Shown one piece after another: positions 16,128 through 24,683 of a stretch of 64,000 bases of DNA; the stretch's first letter is position 1; each line of letters starts with the position of its first letter. A model generated the notes under the pieces. That model was given only the letters and a program-made list of their open reading frames with translations. It searched no databases and was not told the origin of the DNA. Origin of the DNA: Candidatus Poribacteria bacterium (GTDB lineage: Bacteria; Poribacteria; WGA-4E; PCPOR2b). Where the stretch lies: positions 212,769 through 276,768 of the forward strand of contig OZ244825.1 in assembly GCA_965220385.1 (NCBI GenBank), in the 5' to 3' direction. Position numbers and translations under genes: made by a program.

Positions 16128-18809
16128 GTGGCTCAAAAATATAAAGCTGTTTACTTTCCTGAACATCCAGCGGACACATCTCAGAAAAAATCGCTGACCT
16201 TGGCATTTGGTAAGAAAACAGATGAATTATACAAGTATGTTAAGGATCTTTCTAGTGCTGAACTCCGTCAGTTGCTACGGGAAGACTATCAAACCCTTGT
16301 GTCGAAAGCTGAAGCCGATGATTTACCACTAAACACCTATTGTCTTCGTCAATTAAAGCACACCGTAAACCTCATTCGGGAGCACGCTGTTCAGCTTCAA
16401 CTACCAGGCGTTGATGCAAAAACAGAATTATTTGATCCGGTAACTGTGACATTCAAGGGTGGCAAAAAAGAACCCTTTGCTCGATGGTATCCCTACTTAG
16501 AGGGATATTCCACTCAATTCGTGGAATCTATCTTAGAAAAGTATACTCCAAATGCACAGACTATTCTAGACCCATTTGCTGGGACGGGAACCACCGCCTT
16601 CACCGCATCACAACTTAATAAAACTGCTTATTTCTGCGAAATCAATCCTGTCTTGCAGTTTATGAGTTTAACAAAAATACGGGTCAGGCGATTAAAATGG
16701 TCTCAGCGTTCCGCGTTGGCTCGAGTGCTCACTCAAGCGAAGGTCTCATTGAATCAACTGGAAAAGTTCCCGCCAGATTATATCTTGCACCAAACCTACC
16801 TACAAACCTTTGGTAATAGTCTGTTTTTTGATGAGCCTGCTTATGACCAAGTTTTACGGGCGAAATCGTGGATTGATGAAGTGGCTCTTGAAAATCCAAT
16901 ATTGGCAGACCTGATTACTGTTGCAACCTTATCGGCACTTGTACCTGCGTCCCGAATGAAGCGAGCTGGTGATTTGAGATATAAAACGGATACAGAACTT
17001 GAGCGGCAAACAGTGCCACTCGCTGAAGGCATCCGCCAAAATATAGATCGGATAATTCATGATATTCGGGCTGATGTCGAAGGCCTGAAAACTGAGCCGT
17101 TGCTAATATGTGAAAACGCCCGTTCTTTAGGCGGCATATCTCCTCTTGGCATTGACGCTGTAGTAACAAGCCCTCCCTATGTCAACGGGACAAACTATTT
17201 TCGCAACACGAAGATGGAATTATGGTTCTTACGTTGTTTGAAAGAAAATAAGGATTTGAGAACATTTCGTGGAGCAGCCTTAACCGCTGGTATCAACGAT
17301 GTCACTGTTTCCAAAGCACTGTTACCATCTCACCCAGATGTTCAAAAAATCGTCTCTAAATTGGAACAGAATGCCTACGACTCCCGTATTCCTCGGATGA
17401 TTGCCAGCTATTTTAGCGAGATGACGGACATATTCCGGGCAATTCGTTCTCACTTAACCCCAGACGCGATGGTCGCGATTGATATCGGCGATTCTTGCTA
17501 TGCCGGCATTCATGTCCCGGTGGATACACTGCTGTCAGCCTGCTTGGATGAAATCGGTTTTGTTCAAGAGGATTCTGTAACGCTACGAAAACGCAAGTCC
17601 AGAGGCGGGATGTTGCTCAAACAGTCATTACTGGTTTTTAAGCCTGTTTCCAAACACAGAAGCTGCAATCCGCCCGAACAAGTTCCAGACTGGCGTACCG
17701 AATGGGACAGTTTCAAACAAAACCTACCTCATCAGAAAATCCCATTTACAAAACGGAATTGGGGGCATGCTTGGCACTCCCTATGTTCTTATCCCGGTAA
17801 GCTCAAACCTGCCATTGCACACCATTTGGTACGGACATTTGTTCCAGAAGGTGGACGAGTTCTAGATACTTTTGCAGGCGTTGGGACAATCCCACTTGAG
17901 GCGGCATTGGCTGGCAAACACGCCTACGGTTTTGAGATAAGTCCCGCTGCCTTTGCTATCGCTGGCGCAAAGGTTCGCCGCCCTACGGTGCTGGGTTGTG
18001 CGGCAGTTATTGAAACGTTAGAAGATTTCATCAGGTCCCACTCAACTACAGATGTAGAACTCGCTGAAGTGAATAACTTGGGTTTCAATGGCAAGATAGT
18101 TGAATATTACGAACCCCAAACCTTGAGCGAAATCATCTTGGCGCGTCGCTTTTTTCAAGTCCATCCGCCGAAGACTCCTGAAGAGCAATTTGTATGTGCC
18201 TCACTGCTACATATTTTACACGGCAACCGTCCCTACGCTCTCAGCCGCCGTTCTCATCCATTGACACCCTACAAACCAACGGGACCTTATGAGTATCGCT
18301 CGCTGATTGATCGATTACGTGCGAAAGTTGAGAGAGGGTTGGACGAAGGTTTGCCTGCGGATTTTCGTCCCGGCAAGATCTTCTTCCAAGATGCAACAAG
18401 CTGGTGGCCTCGAGAGGTTGATCAGTTGGATGCCGTTATTACATCTCCCCCTTTCTTTGATAGTACCCGATTTTATCTTGCAAACTGGTTACGGCTATGG
18501 TTTTCGGGCTGGTCTGCCCGTGATTTTGAAGCCTGTCCATCAGTTTTTGTTGATGAACAGCAAAAAAGCAGTTTTGATGTCTATATCCCGATTCTTCGCC
18601 AAGCGAAGGAACGGCTTAAATCGGATGGTGTGCTTGTGCTACATCTGGGTAAAAGTGTTAAGTGTGATATGGCTGCTCATTTACAGGAACTTGGTAAACG
18701 GTGGTTTCGTTCAACGGACCTTTTTGATGAAAGTGTTGCTCACTGTGAATCTCACGGTATCCGTGACAAGGGAACGGTTACCTCTCATCAGTATCTTGTT
18801 TTGTATTAG
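16128..18809 (+). CDS. Fused two-domain DNA methyltransferase, probably N4-cytosine
   Basis: Domain 1 DPFAGTG...SPPY; domain 2 DTFAGVG...SPPF. Confidence 0.88.
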   Translation: MAQKYKAVYFPEHPADTSQKKSLTLAFGKKTDELYKYVKDLSSAELRQLLREDYQTLVSKAEADDLPLNTYCLRQLKHTVNLIREHAVQLQLPGVDAKTELFDPVTVTFKGGKKEPFARWYPYLEGYSTQFVESILEKYTPNAQTILDPFAGTGTTAFTASQLNKTAYFCEINPVLQFMSLTKIRVRRLKWSQRSALARVLTQAKVSLNQLEKFPPDYILHQTYLQTFGNSLFFDEPAYDQVLRAKSWIDEVALENPILADLITVATLSALVPASRMKRAGDLRYKTDTELERQTVPLAEGIRQNIDRIIHDIRADVEGLKTEPLLICENARSLGGISPLGIDAVVTSPPYVNGTNYFRNTKMELWFLRCLKENKDLRTFRGAALTAGINDVTVSKALLPSHPDVQKIVSKLEQNAYDSRIPRMIASYFSEMTDIFRAIRSHLTPDAMVAIDIGDSCYAGIHVPVDTLLSACLDEIGFVQEDSVTLRKRKSRGGMLLKQSLLVFKPVSKHRSCNPPEQVPDWRTEWDSFKQNLPHQKIPFTKRNWGHAWHSLCSYPGKLKPAIAHHLVRTFVPEGGRVLDTFAGVGTIPLEAALAGKHAYGFEISPAAFAIAGAKVRRPTVLGCAAVIETLEDFIRSHSTTDVELAEVNNLGFNGKIVEYYEPQTLSEIILARRFFQVHPPKTPEEQFVCASLLHILHGNRPYALSRRSHPLTPYKPTGPYEYRSLIDRLRAKVERGLDEGLPADFRPGKIFFQDATSWWPREVDQLDAVITSPPFFDSTRFYLANWLRLWFSGWSARDFEACPSVFVDEQQKSSFDVYIPILRQAKERLKSDGVLVLHLGKSVKCDMAAHLQELGKRWFRSTDLFDESVAHCESHGIRDKGTVTSHQYLVLY

Positions 18810-19821
18810 CACCCATGGTCTGATGAAGCACTCGTTGATATTCCTGATCGGCTTGACGGATCCAAGCGGGTGAAATGGTTGTGGAATAATCAAAAAAATC
18901 AACCCCTTCGTGCTCCAATACTCGATTGCGTAGTTTGATGATTTCTGCTATGTAGGCCGCGTATTTTGTCAGAAGCTGATCGACCTGTTCAGGAGTCTTG
19001 AGACGTTCAATCGCTTCGGGGTTGTAGTGCGGTGGTCCAGCAAGTGTCTCGTATGGAATACCTGTCCGGACAGCAAGAGTTTTTAACTCATTTTCTGAGT
19101 AGTATGCTGAGGGCCAATTGCCGGATTTCTCACCGTTATGTTCTTGACATAGCAGCGTCGCATTTTCGGTTGTCAAGGGCCATAAAAAGACAGCAGGAAG
19201 TGTGTGGTCAAGCGGGCGTTCTTTGGCATCAACTTTTCGCAGGTCTCTACCACACTTAAAACAACGGTAGCCAAAACGTTTGTAGATTTCTTCGCTGTTG
19301 ATTTTGGTGCTTGCAGATAGGTCGAGATACATTCGCCGCTTTTGCGCTGCTTCGCGGTGCTGATCCGTTAACCGAGTCTTATTTTTAATCGAGTTGTAAA
19401 CTGCTTTGCACAGTCTACATTCTCCTTGGCGCCCTGATTTCCGAGAGCTATGCCGATCAAACAAATGAAGCGGTTTAATTGTATTGCAAATAATGCAATA
19501 CTTATACTCTTGCGCTTCTTCGATGTAATAATCATGCAGAATGGTAAATGTGCCTTCTTCAGTTATAGAATTATCTCTCCGATCTACTAGTTGATACTCA
19601 TAGAACTGAGTTTCGTCCCCTGATAACATAATCATCCCGCAACTTGGACAGGTGATCTCGAAATCATCTCCGATTTCGTTTTTAGGAATAAAAATAAATT
19701 CCTGACACTCACTGTTCAAACACTGAAAACCTTTGAAAACTGTATCTCCCATTCCTCGAACGTGTTGAGCACGAATCTGATTGGTTTTATCGACCTTTGT
19801 ATACGGCTTACGTCTTACCAT
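18778..19821 (-). CDS. HNH endonuclease with multiple zinc-binding motifs (probable restriction enzyme)
   Basis: CFKC...DH...N..LLCQEHNGEK; additional CLNSEC/CPSC and CIIC/CRLC; convergent with the MTase, overlapping it by 32 bp. Confidence 0.8.
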   Translation of the reverse strand: MVRRKPYTKVDKTNQIRAQHVRGMGDTVFKGFQCLNSECQEFIFIPKNEIGDDFEITCPSCGMIMLSGDETQFYEYQLVDRRDNSITEEGTFTILHDYYIEEAQEYKYCIICNTIKPLHLFDRHSSRKSGRQGECRLCKAVYNSIKNKTRLTDQHREAAQKRRMYLDLSASTKINSEEIYKRFGYRCFKCGRDLRKVDAKERPLDHTLPAVFLWPLTTENATLLCQEHNGEKSGNWPSAYYSENELKTLAVRTGIPYETLAGPPHYNPEAIERLKTPEQVDQLLTKYAAYIAEIIKLRNRVLEHEGVDFFDYSTTISPAWIRQADQEYQRVLHQTMGANTKQDTDER

Positions 19822-19894
19822 TTTGGCTCCCACTATTTTATTTTCGATCGATATAAGATCCTTGCGAATCAAGCGTTGTTGGCACGAATTACCC

Positions 19895-20740
19895 TCATGC
19901 CCAGACAAACACCTCATCATCATCTGGCGAATAACCGATAAAGATAGCGAGGACCGTGCGTGGGGATTTGCCTTTAATGCCGGGGACTTCGTGAATACAT
20001 CGGGTATTAAAAAAGTAGAGATCGCCGACCTCTAAATCGACCTGAGTGTTTTCGACCTTGTTCTCTGCTGCATGCTGATGGAAGGTGTTATCTGTGATGT
20101 GGTGAGCGATTTCTGGCTGCCACAGGCAGCGATGGAGAATAGACTGTGCCGTTTCACCCTCAATTTCTGAATTCTGGAAGCAGAGGATCCCAGCCAGCTG
20201 ATGTTCGAAACGATACACCTCATAATTGACGCGATTCTCCCGCCATCTGACCGAATCGAAGTGGGGACTGTAGGAGATACCACCATAGTGGATCCGGAAA
20301 ATCGCAGGTCCATAGCGTCTGCCGTCAGGTTCATAAGCGGTCACGACCCGCTTGCCGGGTGCCAGACGGGCAAGATTTTCATAGAGCGTTGTAACTGGGT
20401 TATCGTATCCGTCGAACAGCGTTTCAAAGAGGGTGTGGGTCTCTACGGCGTGTGAAAAGAAATCCTCCGGTGAGTTGCCCCGATTGCCCAGACTGGTGCC
20501 GATGTCTATCCGCTCTCTTGGAACAATCGACGGATTGTTGTAATGCGTGTCCTGATCATACATCAAATCTTTTTCGATAAACCGTTGGATGAGTCCTTCG
20601 CAGTGTGCGGGGTTGTAAGCCTGACGGATCACCGGTGCCGGTGTGTGCATCTCCGCCAGTGCTTGGATTGGATTTGGATACTTCTCCAGAATCGTTTCCC
20701 AATCCGGCTCAATAGGTATCCACGGATCCTGTTGCGACAT
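19895..20740 (-). CDS. Fe(II)/2OG-dependent oxygenase family protein
   Basis: PHFD HxD motif, GDLYFFNTRCIHEV, distal Arg. Confidence 0.7.
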   Translation of the reverse strand: MSQQDPWIPIEPDWETILEKYPNPIQALAEMHTPAPVIRQAYNPAHCEGLIQRFIEKDLMYDQDTHYNNPSIVPRERIDIGTSLGNRGNSPEDFFSHAVETHTLFETLFDGYDNPVTTLYENLARLAPGKRVVTAYEPDGRRYGPAIFRIHYGGISYSPHFDSVRWRENRVNYEVYRFEHQLAGILCFQNSEIEGETAQSILHRCLWQPEIAHHITDNTFHQHAAENKVENTQVDLEVGDLYFFNTRCIHEVPGIKGKSPRTVLAIFIGYSPDDDEVFVWA

Positions 20741-20833
20741 AATTTACTCCCTGTTATGTGGCTGGGGTTATTCGGCCAGAAGTTACGTGCTTCCAATGTA
20801 GTAGTACAATGAATTGCTTTCTTCCCTCACCCC

Positions 20834-20965
20834 TGTGGGAGGGGCTCCCTACCCTAAAATGACACCTACCCTCTGTGGGAGGGGCTTCCTAGCCCCGATA
20901 CCCCCTTGTAGGAGAGACTTCCTAGACTCGATAATACGTGTCGGGATTTGGAAATCCCTCCTACA
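20834..20965. repeat. Cluster of four GTRG-footed REP hairpins
   Basis: TGTGGGAGGGGC.. x2, TGTAGGAGAGAC.., and an inverted TGTAGGAGGGATTTCCAAATCCCGA. Confidence 0.75.
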
Positions 20966-20988
20966 GAAGAATTGGATTAGTCCTACTT

Positions 20989-21471
20989 TTACAAATCCCG
21001 AATCTCAACCTCCAACGAATCCAAATCTACAACGGCAACTGTGGATCTGCCGGTCGTCCAACCTCCGGTCTCGCCCGGATTCACGATCAGCGTTCCTTCG
21101 TTACGAACATCGATCTCATGGGTATGTCCATAGATCACAATATCGTATTCACCGCTTTTCGCGATCGGTTCGGCAAGTTCCGGGTAGTGCATTGCAGCAA
21201 TCTTGCGGCCTCCCACCTCCACGCTTGCGAGGTTGGGGTGAACCTCTCCAACCTCCTCAAACCTTGCAGAAAGACCGATACGCTCCCCATCGTTGTTACC
21301 GAAGACGCCGACGGCGCGACACTTCAAGTCTGCCATCGCTGCCACTACGAATGGCGCGATAAAATCACCGGCATGTATCACCAATTCTACGCCTTCATTG
21401 TTGAACAGTTCGACCGCTTTCTTGACCATCGGGACGTTGTCGTGACTGTCTGAAAAGACACCAATTTTCAT
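20989..21471 (-). CDS. Metallophosphoesterase (YfcE/MJ0936 family)
   Basis: SDSH, HAGD, GNND, HY, YGHTH, NPG. Confidence 0.92.
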   Translation of the reverse strand: MKIGVFSDSHDNVPMVKKAVELFNNEGVELVIHAGDFIAPFVVAAMADLKCRAVGVFGNNDGERIGLSARFEEVGEVHPNLASVEVGGRKIAAMHYPELAEPIAKSGEYDIVIYGHTHEIDVRNEGTLIVNPGETGGWTTGRSTVAVVDLDSLEVEIRDL

Positions 21472-21554
21472 GTTAACCTCCTAGGATATAATACCAGAAA
21501 TAAAGTTCCCGACTCGTTCTTTTATAATCGCCCAAGTTGTTAGCTGATAAACCA

Positions 21555-21588
21555 AGAAACCGAGTTTTTTCTGCAAAACTCGGTTTCT
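21555..21588. repeat. Perfect 14-bp-stem hairpin
   Basis: AGAAACCGAGTTTT-TTCTGC-AAAACTCGGTTTCT. Confidence 0.7.
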
Positions 21589-21787
21589 CTATGATAGGGC
21601 ACATAGACATTTATATGATGAGTTATGTCTAATCGTAGGTGCTTGCAGCCCGCCTTTCCCGATTCATCGGGGATTTATCGGGGGCGCGGTTGCCTCAACC
21701 ATTGACCAACGATACAGGTTGAGTTGATTGTAGGTCGAGATTCATATCTCGACACTGAATCGTAAGTTGGTCGGTGCAATAAGGAGT

Positions 21788-22654
21788 TTAACCGCTGAAT
21801 TCTTGAGCCTTATGCTCAATTAGATCCGGATTGACATAGCCCTTGTGCAGAACGACGCGATACCAGAACTCAAGTCGCTCATCTTGTGCGAGTTGAAACG
21901 GCTCGTAATAAGCCGGGGACGGATGGAGTATACCGTAGTTATCGCGGTTCCGCACCCACCACGTCGTCGGATGCCGCGGATTGGACGGATGATCAATAAT
22001 CGTTGCGCCGTAGACGCCGCCATCTTCTGCATGTGTTCCAGCAAAACCGCACCACCGACTCTGTTCCCCAAAAATATCCATCGGCTCCGTGCGGCCATCC
22101 CCATCTAACAGTTGTCCGGGTGTGAGCGCGTTGTCGAACCGAATCGTTAAACCGCTGTAGAACAGCCCGCCCCCTCCCGGTTCTCCGCGGTTGAGATCTA
22201 ACGTCACCGCTTCCCCATGTGGCTGAAATTGGAGATGCACATCAATAGCTAAATGATCCGCTCCCGGCGATAACACGGTCGTCCGGCGGGTCTCTACGAG
22301 GTGCGTCACATCTTGCCAATCGATCCACGCATTCTCAACTGTGAATTGTGCTTTCTCTACATCAGTCAACTGCTCCACATTCCGTCGATGGACAATCCTT
22401 CCAAACCCTGTCGGATCTTCGCCCGGCTTCGGCTGTTCCCAAAAGTTCACGCCGTTCACCTTCTTCCATGCAACCCACATCCCCTGATGGTGGACATGAT
22501 CTTCAGGCTGGTTCATCGTCAGCGGCGGTGAGTCCGGTAAACGGAGCGGCTGCCAGTAGGTTCGCTGCCCACCCGTTTGAAAATGGTAGTTCAGCAAAGT
22601 CTGCCCGTCCCAAGTTAAGCCCAATCCATCATTGATCGATTCAAGTGCGAACAT
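21788..22654 (-). CDS. DUF6807 (PmoA-like annotation) family protein
   Basis: PEDHVHHQGMW, NFWE, YSGL..R, DHPSNPRHPT.W. Confidence 0.8.
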   Translation of the reverse strand: MFALESINDGLGLTWDGQTLLNYHFQTGGQRTYWQPLRLPDSPPLTMNQPEDHVHHQGMWVAWKKVNGVNFWEQPKPGEDPTGFGRIVHRRNVEQLTDVEKAQFTVENAWIDWQDVTHLVETRRTTVLSPGADHLAIDVHLQFQPHGEAVTLDLNRGEPGGGGLFYSGLTIRFDNALTPGQLLDGDGRTEPMDIFGEQSRWCGFAGTHAEDGGVYGATIIDHPSNPRHPTTWWVRNRDNYGILHPSPAYYEPFQLAQDERLEFWYRVVLHKGYVNPDLIEHKAQEFSG

Positions 22655-22698
22655 CTATTTTTCCTTTCTGGGAAGAAGTGCGGAATATACTGCCCGAA

Positions 22699-24621
22699 TC
22701 AAGCGTTGCGATAATCAATCATTGTCTGTCGATACGCCTCTGGGACGCCGATGTCGAAACGCCTGCCTTTGACAACGTAACCCGAAAAATTATCCTCTTT
22801 CCGTAATTTATCCAAGCAGGAGGTCAACTGAAATTCGCCACGCTCGCGGAGGCTATGGGTGATGTTTTCTTCAAGGTAGTCAAAGATTTCCGGCACCAAT
22901 ACATACATACCGAATACAGTCAGGAAGTTATCTGCGTCCAATCCCTCCACACGAAGACGCTGCCGCGCGTATTCTACAGCGGGTTTTTCGGAGAATTCTG
23001 TTATTGAAAGAATTGTATCCGACTCTTGCCATGTGCCGGTCGCGCAACCAAAATTGTGAATCTTGTCTGCATGCGTAACTTTCAACCCAACCACGCTATG
23101 TTCCACCCGATCATAGACATCCAAGATCTGTCGTGCACAGGAAACCTCACTGTCGGAGGCATAGAGGTGATCGCCTAACATCAGCAAAAACGGCTCGCCA
23201 TCTACCCATTCTCGTGCACAGAAAACAGCGTGCCCAAAGCCCTCCTGAACATCTTGGGTCACAAACGAAATCCGCTGCCCCAAGTCCATCAGGTACTCGG
23301 AATACTCCTGATCTTCCTTCGATAGCTTGTTGAAATTCTCAATAAACGGAGCCGTCTTAAAAAAACTTTCAAACAGTTCCTGATCTCTGCTTTGCACAAC
23401 AAGACAAACCTCCTCGATGCCGGCATCAATCGCTTCTTCGACAATTGCCATGATCACCGGCTTCGGTTTGCCGGATTTGTCGATGATGGGAAAAAGCTCT
23501 TTCTTTATCGCCTTTGATGCTGGAAAAAGACGGGTCCCAAAACCGGCAGCGGGAATCACCGCTTTTCGCACACGCCGACCTGCCCGAATAACTAATTTCA
23601 AACAGGACATCTTCAGATCCCGTTCAATGATTTCGATAGCCTTCTCTTGGCTCGCTTGGTCCTTAACGATAAATTGTGCGGTGCCATCTCCTTGAGAGCC
23701 GACCCCTTTTCCGCCCAGTATGTACGGCTGAATCGGACCGTAGTTGAGAATTTTATGCAACACAGGCGCCGTGAGTTGTGACGGACACGCGGGCTGAACG
23801 TGCGTATCGAATTCCGACTGTGCTTTTTTCATCAGTTCCCCGATGTGTACCGCATCACCACCCTGTAACGCTTCGTACGCTTCGTGTGTTATCCCGGTGC
23901 TGATTGGACCAAGATATTTTTGAACGTTCCTCTGCATATCGTTCTCGGCAAAGGGATAACAGTGGTTGAGCTGATTCAGTATCTGTCTTGTATCCTTGAC
24001 CGCACCCAGATCAACGATGATGAAGTATAAATCTTTTGATACGTTGATCTCTTCAACGTCGATTCGGTCGCCGTCAAAGGTCATCATGATGGGGCGGTTG
24101 CCGTAAGCGCAGCCCTGATCCATCCGACCACAACGGGAAGGGGTGGTAATCTCGCCGATGTAGGCGTATTCCATTTCGCCACGCACGGTCATCTTCAGGT
24201 CATAAACCCGATTGAATGCGCGAGCGACCAGTACACAGGTTGCAGCACTCGACGAAAGCCCCTTCTTTGAAGGAAGGTCTGTCAGATAATTGTTGATATC
24301 AAGCCCATGCACCTGATAGTGTGTCAGGATCTGGTAGGCGACCCCCGCAGCATAACTGAAAAAGCCGCCCTTCTGTGCTTCGGCGAGAAGTGTCTCACTT
24401 TCCATCGGCACTTCAAACGGGTCCATTCGTGTGCCGTCGCTTAGGGTTGTTCGCAGAATCAGTTTGGTCGGGTGCGGATTAACCTCAGCATGAAGCCCCT
24501 GATTGGTGCTAGCGATGATTGCGTAACCCTTTTCTAAATCGGCATTCACACGCCGATAGCCGCCCGCCCAATCGGTATGTTCACCAAAGAGGCAGATCCG
24601 ACCTGGCACAAAAATTTTCAT
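22699..24621 (-). CDS. GHMP sugar kinase fused to GalU-type nucleotidyltransferase
   Basis: PGRICLFGEHTD, KGLSSSA, GRMDQ; then KAVIPAAGFGTRLFP..K..KE, EGFGHAV, LGDH, EKP. Confidence 0.88.
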   Translation of the reverse strand: MKIFVPGRICLFGEHTDWAGGYRRVNADLEKGYAIIASTNQGLHAEVNPHPTKLILRTTLSDGTRMDPFEVPMESETLLAEAQKGGFFSYAAGVAYQILTHYQVHGLDINNYLTDLPSKKGLSSSAATCVLVARAFNRVYDLKMTVRGEMEYAYIGEITTPSRCGRMDQGCAYGNRPIMMTFDGDRIDVEEINVSKDLYFIIVDLGAVKDTRQILNQLNHCYPFAENDMQRNVQKYLGPISTGITHEAYEALQGGDAVHIGELMKKAQSEFDTHVQPACPSQLTAPVLHKILNYGPIQPYILGGKGVGSQGDGTAQFIVKDQASQEKAIEIIERDLKMSCLKLVIRAGRRVRKAVIPAAGFGTRLFPASKAIKKELFPIIDKSGKPKPVIMAIVEEAIDAGIEEVCLVVQSRDQELFESFFKTAPFIENFNKLSKEDQEYSEYLMDLGQRISFVTQDVQEGFGHAVFCAREWVDGEPFLLMLGDHLYASDSEVSCARQILDVYDRVEHSVVGLKVTHADKIHNFGCATGTWQESDTILSITEFSEKPAVEYARQRLRVEGLDADNFLTVFGMYVLVPEIFDYLEENITHSLRERGEFQLTSCLDKLRKEDNFSGYVVKGRRFDIGVPEAYRQTMIDYRNA

Positions 24622-24683
24622 CTTCTGACTCCGTTTTGTCTACCTTTTCCTAAACACCCCTGACGGTCGATACATAGTGCATT

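Noticed and set aside
16030-19894. Target-site duplication or att sites around the R-M locus
   Set aside because: No convincing direct repeats found by eye and no integrase in the window.
20814-21453. ORFs of 182 and 171 aa on the plus strand
   Set aside because: They span a REP cluster and the antisense of the phosphoesterase; no coding signature.
20989-21471. SbcD/Mre11 partner for the Rad50-like ATPase
   Set aside because: A 160-aa YfcE-type phosphoesterase without a capping domain, 10 kb away on the other strand.
21788-22654. Methane monooxygenase subunit
   Set aside because: The PmoA label attached to DUF6807-like proteins is not supported: a soluble sequence with no pmoCB.
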